Assembly (NCBI RefSeq): GCF_000485595.1
Contig: NW_014577064.1
Span: 679,690-736,504, forward strand
DNA from: Priapulus caudatus
Taxonomy: Eukaryota
Reading direction: 5' to 3'
DNA length: 56,815 bases
Shown here piece after piece: positions 34,850 to 49,699 of this stretch; positions within the stretch are counted from its first letter, which is position 1; each line of letters begins with the position of its first letter. The notes beneath the pieces were generated by a model. It had not been told where the DNA came from and ran no database searches. It saw nothing but the letters and a program-made list of their open reading frames with translations. The position numbers were made by a program, and so were the translations under genes.

Positions 34850-37800
34850 TGCGTGCGCGTGTGTGTGTGTGTATGTGTGTACCAGCATGCATGCGCCAGT
34901 GAGGTAGCATGCTCCAGTTTATATTTTTCACGCAGACACTGTGTGTTCCTCGTATACCCATGTGCCATGTAATAACCGTAGATGTGTAAACGCATATTGG
35001 CAATGGGCTTCACATATGACGCAATTGTGATAGCTTCACGAGAAAAAAGGGGGAAAAGGCACCAACTAGTCTTTATCAACTAGTCTATATCAACTAGTCT
35101 ATATCAACTAGTCTATATCGACTAGTCTATATCAACTAGTCTATATCAACTAGTCTATATCAACTAGTCTTTATCAACTAGTCTATATCAACTAGTCTAT
35201 ATCAACTAGTCTATATCAACTAGTCTATATCGACGCTAGCTGTTGCGATGCAGTGATTTGCAGAAGATTGGAGTCGGAACTTTTGTCGGCAACAAAAATT
35301 CTTAAAAAAAGCCAATCCAAGTGACAGAGAGAGCTAGTACAAGAGCTACGATACGTAAGCGGTTCGCGCAGCACTCGCAAGCTCTGTTGTAAAGGTGCGG
35401 GCAGTGATGGAGCGGATTGCAACACGTCTAGCTGACAGACGGGCTCAGCGAGCGGCCGTTTAACGGTAGGCGATGGGCGCGGTCGAATAACGTATAATCG
35501 CGAAGGCGCACGCAGGTGACTTGCTGGAATGTCGATGCTATCCACGGCACTTCGATGCCTTATCTAATAACAGAACTCATGACGAGGCAGCTTGAATGGA
35601 CGCGCCACAAACTATTCAGCAGCGCTTGTTACACGCCGTCTCCGGTATGACCGCCTTCAGGGCGAACACACGTCTTGCCAACAGAAATGCACGTGGTGGC
35701 CAGGCCGCGCAGAATGTGCCTGGCGGCATTAGCCGCATAGGCGGAGGCTGATAATCAGTAGTAGCGGCACCCGTCCGTGAGGAAGACCTTGAAGGTGACG
35801 CCCCAGGAATTCATCAGCGCCACTCCTGTACAGCCGGCGCGCAATCCTTCCACCCGCGCATAGAGACGTTGCGTGTCAATCGCCGGGAAACTTTCGCTTT
35901 CCACTCAACGCTATATATTAGAATTTCTCGTCACGCGTGGAACTACAAAGCAAACACTGTTCGCGATCTGGCCATGGCGAGGCGTGGAAGGCGGCCGCCA
36001 TCCCCCCCGCGACACACATTAAATGCCGATTATATTTCTGTGCGCATATTACCTCCCGAATCTCTTTTCTACGCGCACAATGCTCGCCGACTGTGGGATA
36101 GGCACTTCTGGAGCAGATAGAGGGTGGAGGCGCTGTCATCTTATATCACACGCGCTCACCTGAGTTGCATGCGAAAATGTGTTCCCAGACAATCCGGTCT
36201 GTCGAAAGTCTGCGGACCCCGGAAAATGCTTCCATTCGTAGCCTGGCTACTGGATATAGGGAGCGCATGTCAACCGCTATTATATGGTGGTCTGTATGTG
36301 ATTGTATGTATTATGGCATTTCCATAGTGGTTAGAACAATTCGGGTCTGTTCAATGCCCGTTTACTGTCTATATAAACATGCCAGGTGTGTGGCTGCTAC
36401 AATACAACTTTACGGCCATGCCGGATCGCAGCTAGATTGGTTTGGCAGGAATAATAGGTCCATTGATTATGCAATGTTGACGAATGCTAGAGTAACTGGC
36501 ACCTTGTGTAGTTAAAGGAATAATATGGCCATTGATTATGCAATGTTGACGAATGCTAGAGTAACTGGCACCTTGTGTAGTTAATAAGTACATTCCCTTA
36601 TAACCAAACGCGTATTAGTTTGTCCAATATCACTGCTGGTTACTAAGAAATGTCTAATTGAAATCCGCAGTCCAAAAATCAGTTGTTTACAGTTTCAAAC
36701 CGCTGCCGGCGAAGCGGGTGTGATACAGATTTATAGTGCACCAGACATTTTTGCACGCATGCTCGGCCGTACGCAATGCTATCATCAGTGATTTCGTAAA
36801 CGTGGACGCTCGTGATAAGGAACTTTTTGTCAGGGCTGTCCACGTGCGTCCGTGATTAGTACGTGTGTTTTACTCTATTTCCATGTTTAGTCCGTGGCCG
36901 TGGTTACACCGCTGACACCTCCGTTTCACCTGGCATCCAAAACATACGGGCCGCACAAATGTTTACGTCATCGCTTGACTCGTGGATGACATTTACGGCA
37001 CGTAAATGATACGTTGATACATATCAACATGAACCGATTTCAAGTCTTGTTTGTAATGTAACCAGCAGTGATATTGGACAAACTAATACGCGTTTGGCTA
37101 TACGGTGATTGCAACTGTGAGTCTTCCTCAGATATAGGCAGCAAGTAAGTGAGAAGTCAGTGAGTGAGTGGTGGGTGGGGATACGGTTATTGGGGGATAC
37201 GGTGGGTAAAGCAGTTGGTGGGGAATACGGTGGACGAGGCAGTGGGTGGGGGATACGGTGGACGAGGCAGTGGGTGGGTGGCTATTAGTGATTAGGTGGG
37301 TTGGTAGGTAGGCAGGCATGCAGGCAGGCAGGCCGGTAGGTATAGGCAGGTAGGTACGTATGCAGGTAGGTAGGTATGTACGCAGGCAGGTAGGTATGTA
37401 TGCAGGTAGGTAGGTATGTAGGCAGGTATGTATGCAGGTAGGCAGGTAGGTAGGTAGGTATGTATGCAGGTAGGTAGGTATGTATGCAGGTAAGCTGCTA
37501 AGGCTAGATAACGTACGCTGCATTTGAGTACGCATTGTCAATCAGTTGCTCAGCTCCCCGGTCGCCCTTCGCCTTCCAGTATAGCCAGAGTTTGAACACG
37601 TCCACCTTCCGGCCACATTGCACCGACTTGTCGCCTGTGTCGTACGATACATCATAGAACTTGTCCTGCTGAAATAGGTACGTTGCACCGGCGCAGTTGC
37701 AATGGTGCAGAAGCCCCTGATGAAAACAAAAACACAACTGTCATGATACTGTACCCACTACAGGTTGGTATCAAAGAATCATACATGGAGCCAAAACGCT

Positions 37801-39640
37801 TAGACTGATTTTAAAGGCAATCAATTATATTGCAATCAGTAAATTGCTGTAGAAAACTATGAAAGTGGCATGAAACAGTGCATATGCGCGAGTCTTAACT
37901 ATTGCTATCTATGACACTGCAGCACTGCCCGGTGATGAGGGACCCCCCCCCCCTAAATGCGTGAATCATTCCCTCTGCTCATTCTCATGTATTATAAAAA
38001 TCAGATGACAGCGTCGTCAACTTATGAGACTGCACTAGACTTCGATATTATATTAATTTAATATTAACAAATGCGACGTGGTGTTAAGGATTTCTTCCTC
38101 CGCATATAATTTGTAACAAATCACAGTAAAACCCATACAAATCATGAACTGAAAAAGAACCCGTGGAACCGAGCAACATTGCCGGATTGCGTAAAAGAAA
38201 ATCCCAACATGAACTTGCGATCTAGTCGGTCCACGTGACTAACAATCGGTATGGCCAACCCTAACGCGACCGATCGTCATATACCTTTACATCCATTTGG
38301 TGTTTGGTTTTCACATGTACTATAACTATATGTATAATTAGATATATATTCACCACATACATGTGTTACGTAGTTCTGGTCATGCATGAGAACATTACAT
38401 TTTTATATTTATCTAATTACTTCATTAGATACAACGGCGGCCAGCGACCACTGTTAATACTATAAAACGTGTTGCTGGTGAAATTTAGGTTGCACCCACG
38501 TCGTCAGCACAATATACACCCCTAGTGATTTACTATGTATAACATGATAAATCTCATGAGCCGAAAATCTTTCACACGCGATAAATAACTTAATTTCATG
38601 TTTAAAATTGAAATGGTCCGATTACAGTGCGCAAAATTACTACCACCTATGCTACCTGCTTATATGGTCTGTCAGCTTCACAAAAATCTAGTCTTTTACA
38701 CAAATAAAATGATAGACGAGTAGGGGTGCTAAGTCAACCGTTTGCACAATAAAACGAAAACCCTGTATGTCCTAGACGCTATTAATTTTGCCAGAGCCAT
38801 AAGTTTGTATTGTGAAGTTATAGCACCTAGCCGCAGCGAACCATGATGACATACTCCCAAGCGCAGGTGCGTTTGTGTGCTATATGCGTATGTATGCGTG
38901 CGTGTGTGTGTGTGTCTATATCTGTCCGGCTGTCTGTCTGTCTGTCTGTCCGTGTGTGTCTGTGTCTGTCTCTGTGTGTCTGCGTGCGTGCGTGCGTGCG
39001 TGCGTGCGTGTGTTCGCTTTATTTCGTATTTTCGTTTTTATTTTCGTATTTATAGATACCACCAACTTGCAGACGTTGACAGATTTGAAAGTGACAGAAC
39101 TGAAAATCTATAATTACGTGTAGAATTAGCACCCTACACCATTCGTACCAATCGTGTTACGCCACGTAGAAAGTAGCCATTGTCTTGTGGGATGTGCTGC
39201 TTGTAACTTTATACGCAGTCTTGCAAGTTTGTAATGTCAAGTCATACCTAACATAGTGAAACGAAAATGAAATAGAGGCATCTTTCTTTGCGAAAATAAA
39301 AAAGACTAGTGGGGTAAAATATGCGCAATGATAGTGAGAGAGAGGGGCGCTTACTTTTTCTTTCAACAGCAATGCTGAACACTGTAACGGTGCGCCAAAC
39401 ATCTTATGCGGATTCCAGGCCACGGAATCTGCCCTGCAAGAATCATGTACTAGTTAGTATTCCACTAGCCTCGCGTGCATCATAGTCAATCAACGGTACA
39501 ACCACCGATGCGCAGTGATTTCTATACACACAAATTTCAATTCAGTTTTTGACCACACTGCAGGGCAACATAAAAAAACCCAGACAGGTGCAACGTGCTT
39601 CGAGAACTAATTTGAAATCACCTCTTAACAGTTTTAATAC

Positions 39641-39703
<63 letters not shown>

Positions 39704-40425
39704 ATATCAAAGCATCTGCGCGCAGCCTTGACGACGAGGCTGCAGTGAGTAGGTGCCGCCATATAGAACAACATCAAATGTATATAGTAGACAGGAATAA
39801 ACGAGCTGCTGGTAATTATAGGGCGTACACACACACATCGCTCGTATCGAGGGGGATCGTAGAAAGAATATTTTACCTTTCTATTCCCTCCAGCAAACCT
39901 CTGTGACGGCGTGACAGCAGAGCTGCCCCTCCCCAGCAACCCTATACACAGTGATACAACAAGCACGGTGAATGCAGCGAACGATGCATGGTGGGTGACA
40001 TGGCCCTATGTAAGTGAGGCGAGGTGGGTGCAGCAATAATATATAATACACATCCACATAAAGGAGATCCATACGTGATAGAGCGACAGCAAGAACTGAA
40101 TATTATAAAAAATATTATCAGAAATTGCACTCGGCAAAGAACCGAGGAAATAGACCCTATAGAAATATTAACATTCTATACAACGATTGTGACCAATTTC
40201 CAGCATAGTTGCGTATCGTTCAACGATTCTGCATGTTAAAAAATCTTTAAAACCCTCTTAAAAGAAGTCGTGGCGAATACTGATTTCGGTCACACGCTGC
40301 GTACTTACGTCGACATGCATCCAGACCTGATGTTTTTCACACACGTCAGCGATGCTCATCAGGTTGTCATAGGAACCTAGAACCGTTGTGCCGCACGTAG
40401 CGCTCACCATGAGCGGACAGCTTCC
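32046..40425 (-). CDS. PLP-dependent group II acidic amino acid decarboxylase (CSAD/GADL1-like), 3' seven exons: 40309-40425, 39877-39941, 39355-39433, 37517-37716, ~34383-34438, ~33325-33417, ~32046-32227
   Basis: The spliced translation gives [17 protein letters not shown]...WMHVDGCWGG...[19 protein letters not shown]...[39 protein letters not shown]...[13 protein letters not shown]...VAPKIKERM...NFFRMV. The first four exons are clean; the last three carry indels in this copy. The 5' exons were not found. Confidence 0.9.
35063..35232. repeat. 14-bp minisatellite (CAACTAGTCTATAT)~12; copies at ~43482-43623 and ~51472-51640
   Basis: Direct reading. Confidence 0.9.
36599..37102. mobile_element. 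MITE-like element with ~45-bp TIRs (duplicate at ~44945-45474)
   Basis: ccaaacgcgtattagtttgtccaatatcactgctggttac and its perfect reverse complement at ~37058-37097. Confidence 0.75.
37300..37492. repeat. Degenerate (GGTA/GCAG/GTAT)n tetranucleotide repeat
   Basis: Direct reading. Confidence 0.85.
37517..37716 (-). CDS. Decarboxylase exon (GLLHHCN...[27 protein letters not shown]...)
   Basis: catcag|...|gtacgt, 200 nt. Confidence 0.93.
39355..39433 (-). CDS. Decarboxylase exon containing the PLP lysine ([26 protein letters not shown])
   Basis: ttgcag|...|gtaagc; NPHK motif. Confidence 0.93.
39877..39941 (-). CDS. Decarboxylase exon ([22 protein letters not shown])
   Basis: tatag|...|gtaaaa, 65 nt. 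Confidence 0.9.
40309..40425 (-). CDS. Decarboxylase exon ([39 protein letters not shown])
   Basis: gatag|...|gtaagt, 117 nt; GTTV and HVD motifs. Confidence 0.92.
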
Positions 40426-41031
40426 CTATCGACACACGAGAGAGAGAGAAAGAGAGGATAGTTAATTAGAAGCGCTACTCCTCAACACGTTTCTCTTCAC
40501 GCACACGTCGATTTAGTGTCAGCGATCGTAACAACGGCAACGTAAACACCCCCATTCTGCGAATAATAATAGAATTGAAGTAATCCACTACTGAAACAAA
40601 ATAGCCCGTTTATAAAAAAAAAATGGTAATCGTATGTACAATGGAAATCTGTTGGTTATATCTCAATGCAAATTGCAACAATCCCACAAGGCCATCACTG
40701 AGAGTGCTCCACTCCATTAATTGTGGAATATATAGCCAAGAATGCCCGAAGCATAATAATTTACATACTCATGATATATTCTATAATCTGTCATGATGTT
40801 TCACCTAGCTGTATTTTTACTAATAATTATTATGTTCACTTTTCATTTATTATAATAGCATTTAAGTTAAGAGCATTGGCAAACACGCTGGGCAACAAAC
40901 TAGTTTAATCTACTAATAACATTTTGATGTTGTGGCACAGCCTAATTTGCGGGTAATAAAACAACAGGGTATTGGTGATACAGTAATCATGCAGTATTTT
41001 AAATATTTATTATAAGTAAAACAACCCTTAA

Positions 41032-41072
<41 letters not shown>

Positions 41073-41878
41073 ACGATAGGCGAATATCGCGAATAACAAG
41101 CGTGTTAACTTTGACATGCTGTAATAATTAAAAAGCTATTTTTACATTTTATTCACGTATAACCACTTTTTAGTGAATCCTCTACTTATCATCACACGAT
41201 TTGAGAACTTATTAATAATTTTTACCTCATCTTTATGAACGCACCGATGAACAATGCAAGGTCCTTTGTAACAGGTTATCCTCTGTGTCGCTCCCATGCG
41301 TTGAAACATGACGGGATTTTTTACGTGGAACATTTGGAAATTTCGCAACCATCAATCTTAGCGATTTTAAATCTGCCGAAAACGAGTTTTATCACCACAG
41401 ATTGCAAGCCGATTTATATATGTTCGTTTGGCAGCCTGCAGTCGAATTGATGGCCACGTCTGTGATTGTGTTAAACTGAAGAATATCTGCGCATATATAC
41501 GTTTATGTGTATGTCTACCCCTCCCCCTCCACCCGCAACCTCATGTCACTCTCGTTCTACCCCCTCTTTCACACTTAATCTCACTCTCGTTCTACCCCCT
41601 CTTTCACACTTCATCTCGTGCGATGTCTCTCTTTTACTATATTCGCTTACTCTGTCACTTTTTGCTATGACTTCTCTTGCCCTGTCCCGCACTTTCTTAG
41701 ATTTCCATCGGCTTTCAGACAGTTACTGATATTGTAGGTTTTTGAAGGCGGTCATTGCTCCTGCTGCTGCTAATGTAATAACCCGCTTAGTAGAGGAAGA
41801 CTTAGCAGCGCTGCAACGACCTGAGTCCGTATGCAACCTTCCCCCTTCCCAGCCTCCTACAGACACAGATGCGCGCGT

Positions 41879-41972
<94 letters not shown>

Positions 41973-42057
41973 GTGAACATTGAAATCGATGCAATCTTAC
42001 GGGATTTATACAATATAATCATTGCGAACTTAATTTTTGAGTCAACAATCTACTTAC

Positions 42058-42352
42058 CTTCGGAATAACTAGGCGGAACCCATCTCGAATTCGCAGCTGC
42101 TCCGCTAAGTACCTGTACAAAACGCAAAGAGGATACTGCCTTAATCTGTCTACTAGACAGATTTCAAAAGAAATCGAAAACGTCATTAGTATTTGTGAAC
42201 TGTGCTTCCCGGCAACGTATTAGCTCTTGGTATTATCCATCATTAAATCCATGAAATCTTGTCCTCCAAACACATTTCCTCAACGCACGCATGCCTAGTA
42301 CGGGGATGGTTTGTATTTCTGCATGGAAAATGTGTGTGTGTGTGTGTGTGTG

Positions 42353-42439
<87 letters not shown>

Positions 42440-45400
42440 ACAATCTAACGGTTTATTTAGGTTTACACATAAGTACAGTTGCTACGCTTCGACGTGGGAA
42501 TAGCACTGCATGTGCGTCAACTACATGCCAATGCCGATTCGCTCGATCTCATCAATCACAAAATCCATGTCTTTGCTGCTGCGCGGTGGCCATCCAGTCA
42601 CGACCATTCGGAAAAAGTTAGGAAAGCCTTTCTCCTTCAGCGGCTGGTAGCCAACCATCATCGTCCCCTCCATGATCATCCTCTCTTTGATTTTCGGTGC
42701 CACCTGCGCAGTGGAACGCCAAATAATAGACACAGAAATCCGAGATGTTAACACCTGCGTAGTCAATTCACACGCCATCATTAGTCGACGGGCAGGTCAG
42801 GCTCTAATTACTACCCAAAGTATGAAGGCCACTCTTTTATCGTAGAAATTACAGGTGCTAATTGTAGCCTTGGAACAGAAAAAGGATCTGGAACCTATCC
42901 AAACACCAGCCAATTGATACGTCATGATCCCGGTGACGTATCATTACACAATTATCCTTAGGCTCAGTTATACGTCTTCCCGTGTATCTAGAGATGTTGT
43001 GATCTCATACGAAGAAAAGTTCAGAAGCTATACATGCTGTGAATTCATGCGCGTGCAGACAGCGCCAATAGTGAGAGGCGCGATGTTGCCGAAATAAGGA
43101 ACCCGGAGATAGCCGAGGTCACTGGTGCCCGCCTACTGCTTTCTCTTCTCGGAAAAAGACCAAAACAGATCCCGACACTTTCAACCTTGGAGGACAACTC
43201 GCACGAGTGAGCTTTTTCAAGGAAATAACACCACAGTTTACGCGCCGAAAAAAGGCGTTCGAAGATTATCGGGAAACAGCGACGGGAGAGCAACCTCGCG
43301 TGAGGTGACGTCAGTATACATGAAGGGCTGCGACAGATATCACGAAACCGGCCCGATTATCCGAGAGATTATCAACCGTTGAACATGAGCGGATCAAACA
43401 CACGTACACACACACACGCACACACACACGCACACACACACACACGCACGCACACACACACACACACATTCGTGGAGCGGCTATATCAAACTAGTCTTAT
43501 TATCGACTAGTTCTATATCAACTAGTCTATATCAACTCATGTCTATATCAACTAGTCTTATCAACTAGTATCTATCATTCAACTAGTCTATATCAACTAG
43601 TCTATATCAACTAGTCTATATCGACGCTAGCTGTTGCGATGCAGTGATTTGCAGAAGCATTGGATCGGAACTTTTGTCGGCAACAAAATTCTTAAAAAAG
43701 CCAATCCAAGTGGACAGAGAGAGCTAGTACAAGAGCTACGATACGTAAGCGGTTCGCGCAGCACTCGCAAGCTCTGTTGTAAAGCTGCGAGCAGTGATGG
43801 AGCGGATTGCAACACGTCTGCTGACAGACGGGCTCAGCGAGCGCCGTTTAACGGTAGGCGATGGGCGCGGTCGAATAACGTATAATCGCGAAGGCGCACG
43901 CAGGTGACTTGCTGATTGTTCGATGCTATCCACGGCACTTCGATGCCTTAATTCTAATAACAGAACTCATGACGAGCAGCTTGAATGGACGCGCCACAAC
44001 TATTCAGCAGGCTTGTTACACGCCGTCTCCGGTATACCGCGCCTTCAGGGCGAACAACGTCTTGCCAACAGAAATGCACGTGGTGCCAGGCGCGCCAGAA
44101 TGTGCCTGGCGGCATTAGCGCATTAGGCGGAGGCTGATAATCAGTAGTAGCGGCCCCGTCGTGAGGAAGACCTTGAAGGTGACGCCCAGGAATTATCAGT
44201 AGCCACCTCGTGACAGCCGGCGGGCAATCCTTCCACCCGCAAGAGGACGTTGCGTGTAATCGCCGGGAAACTTTCGCTTTCCACTCACGCTATATATTTT
44301 AGATTCTCGTCACGCGTGGAAACTACAAAGCAAACACTGTTTCGCGATCTGGCCATGGCGAGCGTGGAGGCGGCCGCCCATCCCCCCGCGCACACATTAA
44401 AATCGCGATTATATTTCTGTGCGCATATTACCTCCCGAATCTCTTTTCTACGCGCACAATGCCTCGCGACTGGCTGGATAGGCACTTCTGGAGCAGATTA
44501 GAGGGTGGAGGCGCTTTCATCTTATATCACACGGCTCACCTGAGTTGCATGGAAAATTGTTCCCAGACAATCCGGTCTGTCGAAAGTCTGCGGACCCGGA
44601 AAATGCGATCATTCGTATGCCTGCGCTACTCGGCATTATAGGGAGGCGGCATCGTCAACCGCTTATTATATGGGTGGTCGGAGATTGTGATTGACTATGT
44701 ATTCTTGGCATTTCCATAGCGGTTAGAACCAAGTCGCCGGTCTGTTCAATGGCCCGTTTACTGCTCTATATAAACATGCCAGTGTGACTGTGGCTGCTAC
44801 AATATACAACTTTACGGCCATGCCGGATCACAGTAAAGTGTGTTCGGCAGCGAATAATTAGGTCCACTTGGATTAAGCCAATGTTGACGATATGCTAGAG
44901 TAACTGGCACCTATGCCTGTAGTTAATAAGTATTACATTCCCTTATAACCAAACGCGTATTAGTTTGTCAATATCACTGCTGCCTGTTACTAAGAAATGT
45001 CTAATTTGAAATCCGCAGTCAAGAAATCAGTCAGACAGTTGTTTACAGTCTTCAAACCGCTGCCGGTCAAGCGCGGCGCTGTGTGATACATGATTTTATA
45101 GTGCACCAGAGCATTTTTGCACGCATGCTCGCCGTATACGCCAATGCTATCATCAGTGATTTCGTAAACTTGCGACTGCTTCGTGTTTAAGAAACTTTTT
45201 GTCAAGGCTGTCACGTGCGTCCCGTGATTAGACGTGTGTTTACTCTATTTCCAATGTTTAGTCCGTCGCCGTGGTTACACGCTGACACCCCGTTTTCACC
45301 TGGCATCCAAAACATTCGGACCGCAAAAATGTTTACGTCAGTCGCTTGACTCGTGGATGACATTTACGGCCGAATGATACGTTGATACATATCAACATTA

Positions 45401-48400
45401 ACCGATTTCAAGGTCTTGTTTGTAATGATAACCAGCAGTGAGTATTGGACAAACTAATACCGCGTTTGGCTATACGGTGATTGCAACTGTGCAGTTCTTC
45501 CTCAGTATATACGGCAGCAAGGTAAAGTGAGAAGTCAGTGAGTGAGTGAGTTGTGGGTGGGGATACCGGTTCTATTGGGATACGCTGGGCTAAAGCATTG
45601 GTGGGAATACGGTGGGACGGCATGCGGTGGGGGCTACGGGTGGACGACGCATCGTGGTGGGTGGCACTATTAGTGATTTAGGTGGCGTTGGTTAAGGTAG
45701 GCAGCTCATGCTGCAGGCAGGCAGGTAGGTATAGGCATGGTAGGTATGTATGCAGGTAGGTAGGTATGTAGCGCAGGTATGTATGCAGGTAGTCAGGTAG
45801 GTACGTATGTATGCAGGTAGGTAGGTATGTATGCAGGCAAGCTGCCTTAAGGCTAGATAAGTACGCCTGCCATTGAGTTACGCGATTCGTCGATCAGTTG
45901 CTCAAGCTCCCCGGTCGCCTTCGCCTCCAGTTATAGCCAGAGTTTGAACACGTGCCACCTTCCGGCCACATTGCACCGACTTGTCGCCTGCTGTCGTACG
46001 ATACATCATAGAACTTGTCCTGCTGAAATAGGTTACGTTGCCACCGGCGCAGTTGCAATGGCTGCCAGAAGCCCCTGATGGAAAACAAAGACACCAACTG
46101 TCATGAATATGTGTACCACTACAGGTTGCGATATCACAGAATCTACATGGAGCCAAAAACGACTTAGACTGATCTTAAGGCCAATCAATTATATTGCAAT
46201 CAGTAAATATGCTGTAGAAAACTATGGAAGTGGCCATGAATACAGTGCAATGCGCCGAGTCTTTAACTATTGCTATCTATGACACTGCAGCACTGCCGGT
46301 GATGAGCGACCCCCCCCCCTAAATGCGTGGATCATTCCCTCTGCTCATTCTCATGTATTATAAAAATCGAGATGACAGCGTCCAACATATGGACTTGCAA
46401 CTAACCTTTCGATTATTATATTAATTGTCAATATTTAACAAATGCGACACGTTCGGTGTTAAGGATTTCTTCCTCCGCCATATAATTTGTAACAATCCAC
46501 AGTATAAAACCCATACAATTCATGATACTTGAAAAAAGCGAACCCGGGCAACCCGAGCAAGCATTTGCCGGAGTTGCGTAAAAAAAAATCCCAACGATGA
46601 ACTTGCGATCTAGTCCGGTCCGTGACTAACAATCGGTATGGCCAACCTAACGGCGACCGCCGTCATATACCTGTTACATCCATTTTGGTGTGTGGTTTTT
46701 CAACATTACGTCTATAACATATATGTATAATTAGATATATATTCACCACTACATGTGTTACGTAGTTCTGCCGTCATGCAATGAGAACATTACATTTTTA
46801 TATTTATCTAATTACTTCATTATTATACAACGGCGCCAGCGACCCTGTTAATACTATAAAACGCTGTTGCTGTGTGAAATTTAGGCTTGCACCGCAGTCA
46901 CGTCAGCACAATATTACACCCTAGTGATTACTATGTATAACATGACTAAATCTCATGAGCCGAAAAGTGTCTTTTCACACTGCGATAAATAACTTAATTT
47001 ATGTGTTTTTAAAATTGAAATGGTTCCGATTACAGCTGCGCAAAAATTAGCTACCATCCTATGCTACCTGCTTATAATGGTTGTCAGCTTCACAAAAAAG
47101 TCTAGTCGTTTACACATAATAAAATGATAGACGAGTTACGGGGTGCTAAGTCAACGTTTGCACAATAAAACGAAAACCCTGTATTTCTAGACGCTATTAA
47201 TTTTGCCAGAAAGCCATAAGATTTGTATTGTTGATAAGTTACTAGCATCTTAGCCGCAGGCGAACCATGGTGAATACCCCAAGACGTAGTGCGATTGTGT
47301 TGCCTTATATGCGTATGTATGCGTTGCGTGTGTGTGTGTCTGTATCTGTCCGGCTGTCGTGCGTGCGTGTGCCGTGTGCGTGCGTGGTGTGCGCTGGTTT
47401 GTTCGCTTATAGATACCAGGCAACTTGCAGACGTTTGACAGATTTGAAAGGTGGGACAGAACCGACAATTATAATTACGTGCTAGAATTAGCACCCACAC
47501 CATTGTACCAATCGCTGTACGCACCGTAGAAAGTAGCCATTTGTCGCGCTGGAATTGTGCATGGCTGTGTATAACTTTGATACGCAGTACTTGCAAGTTG
47601 TGTAATGTCAAATCATACCTAATATTAGTAAAACGAAAATGAAATAGAGGCATCTTTCTTTGCGAAAATAAAAAGACTGATTTGGTAAAATATGCGCAAT
47701 GATAGTGAGAGAGAAGGGCGCCCTTACTTTTTCTTTCAAACAGCAATGCTGAACACTGTAACGGTGCGCCAAACATCTTATGCGGATTGTCAGGCCACGG
47801 AATCTTGCCCTGCAAGTAATCATGTACTAGTTAGGTATTCCACTAGCCTCGCGTGCATCATAGTGCAATCAACGGTACAACCACCGATGCGCAGTGATTT
47901 CTATACACACAAATTTCAATTCAGTTTTTTGACCACACTGCAGGCACACATAAAAAAAACCCAGACAGGTGTAACGTGCTCGAGAACTAATTTGAAATCA
48001 CCTCTTAACATTTTTAATACCTAATATATTATTATATATATATATAATAATATATATATATATATGTATGTATATATCAAAGCATCTGCGCGCAGCCTTG
48101 ACGGACGAGGCTGCAGTGAGTAGGTGCCGCCATATATAGAACAACATCAAATGTATATAGTAGACAGGAATAAACGAGCTGCTGGTAATTATAGGGCGTA
48201 CACACACACATCGCTCGTATCGAGGGGATCGTAGAAGAAATTTTACCTTTCTATTCCCTCCAGCAAACCTCTGTGACGGCGGACAGCAGATGCCCTCCCC
48301 AGCAGGCCTACACAGTGATACAACAAGCACGGTAAATGAATGCAGCGAACGATGCATGGTGGTGACATGCGCCCTATGTAAGTTGAGGCGAGCGTGGGTG

Positions 48401-48795
48401 CAGGCAATAATATATAATACACATCCACATAAAGGAGATCCATACGTGATAGAGCGACAGCAAGAACTGAATATTATAAAAAATATTATCAGAAATTGCA
48501 CTCGGCAAAGAACGAGGAAATACACCCTATAGAAATATTAACATTCTATACAACGATTGTGACCAATTTCCAGCATAGTTGCGTATTCGTTCAACGATTC
48601 TGCATGTTAAAAAAACTTAAAACCCTCTTAAAAGAAGTCATGGCGAATACTGATTTCGGTCACACCGCTGCGTACTTACGTCGACATGCATCCAGACCTG
48701 GTGTTTTTCACACACGTCAGCGATGCTCATCAGGTTGTCATAGGACCTAGAACCGTCGTGCCGCACGTGGCGCTCACCATGAGCGGACAGCTTCC
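42058..48795 (-). pseudogene. Second, scrambled copy of the decarboxylase locus (exons 48680-48795, ~48247-48308, ~47728-47809, ~45865-46075, 42521-42703, and out-of-order 42058-42112)
   Basis: Introns and exons duplicate 31960-41035 with many indels. The last exon (VAPKIKERMIMEGTMMVGYQP...NFFRMVV...[16 protein letters not shown]) and the YLAEQLRIRDGFRLVIPK exon are intact here. This may be an assembly duplicate rather than a real pseudogene. Confidence 0.75.
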
Positions 48796-49699
48796 CTATC
48801 GACACACGAGAGAGGAGAAGAGAGAGAGGAGAGAGGACAGTTAAATAGAAGCGCTACTCCTCAACACGTCTCTCTTCACGCACAAGTCGATTTAGGTCAG
48901 CGATTCGTAACAACGGCAACCTAAACATCCCCATTCTGCGAATGATAATAGAATTGAAGTAATCCACTACGGAAACAAAAATAGCCCGTTTTATAAAAAA
49001 AAATGATAATCGTATGATACATGGAAATCTGTTGGTTATTATCTCAATGCAAATTGCAACAATCCCACAATGCCATCACTGAGAGTGCTCCACTCCCATT
49101 ATTGTGGAATATATAGCCAAGAGTGCCCGTAGTATAATAATTTACATACTCATGATATATTCTATAATCTGTCATGATGTTTCACCTAGCTGTATTTTTA
49201 CTAATAATTATTATGTTCATTTTTCATTTATTATAATAGCATTTAAGTTAAGAGCATTGGCGTACACGCTGTGGGCAACAAAACTGTTTAATCTCCTAAT
49301 AACATTTTGATGTTGTGGCACAGCCTAATTTGCGGGTAATAAAACAACAAGGTATTGGTGATACAGTAATCATGCAGTATTTTAAATATTTATATTTAAA
49401 GTAAAACAACCCTCAATAATTGNNNNNNNNNNNNNNNNNNNNNNNNNCACGCGCGCGCGCGCAGCGCACGCACGCCGCACTCACGCGTCACGCACGAACA
49501 CGCACGCACGCGCGAGCCGCGCAGCACGCACGCCGCGCCGCAGGCACGCAGCACACGACCACCCGCAGCGCGCAACGCATCACACTCACACACACCCGCA
49601 CACACACACACAGCACACGCACCGACGGCACACACGCCGCACGACACAGCCCACACATCACCGACGCCACAACGCACCCACACACACGAAGCCCGCACA

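Noticed and set aside
32652..35079. Long His/Thr- or Cys/Val-rich ORFs (also at 15963-16498, 41723-42621 and 49396-51472)
   Set aside because: They are translations of (CA)n/(GT)n microsatellites and open in several frames.
35063..35232. Regular repeat array considered as CRISPR
   Set aside because: Head-to-tail 14-mers with no unique spacers, no cas genes, and a eukaryotic context.
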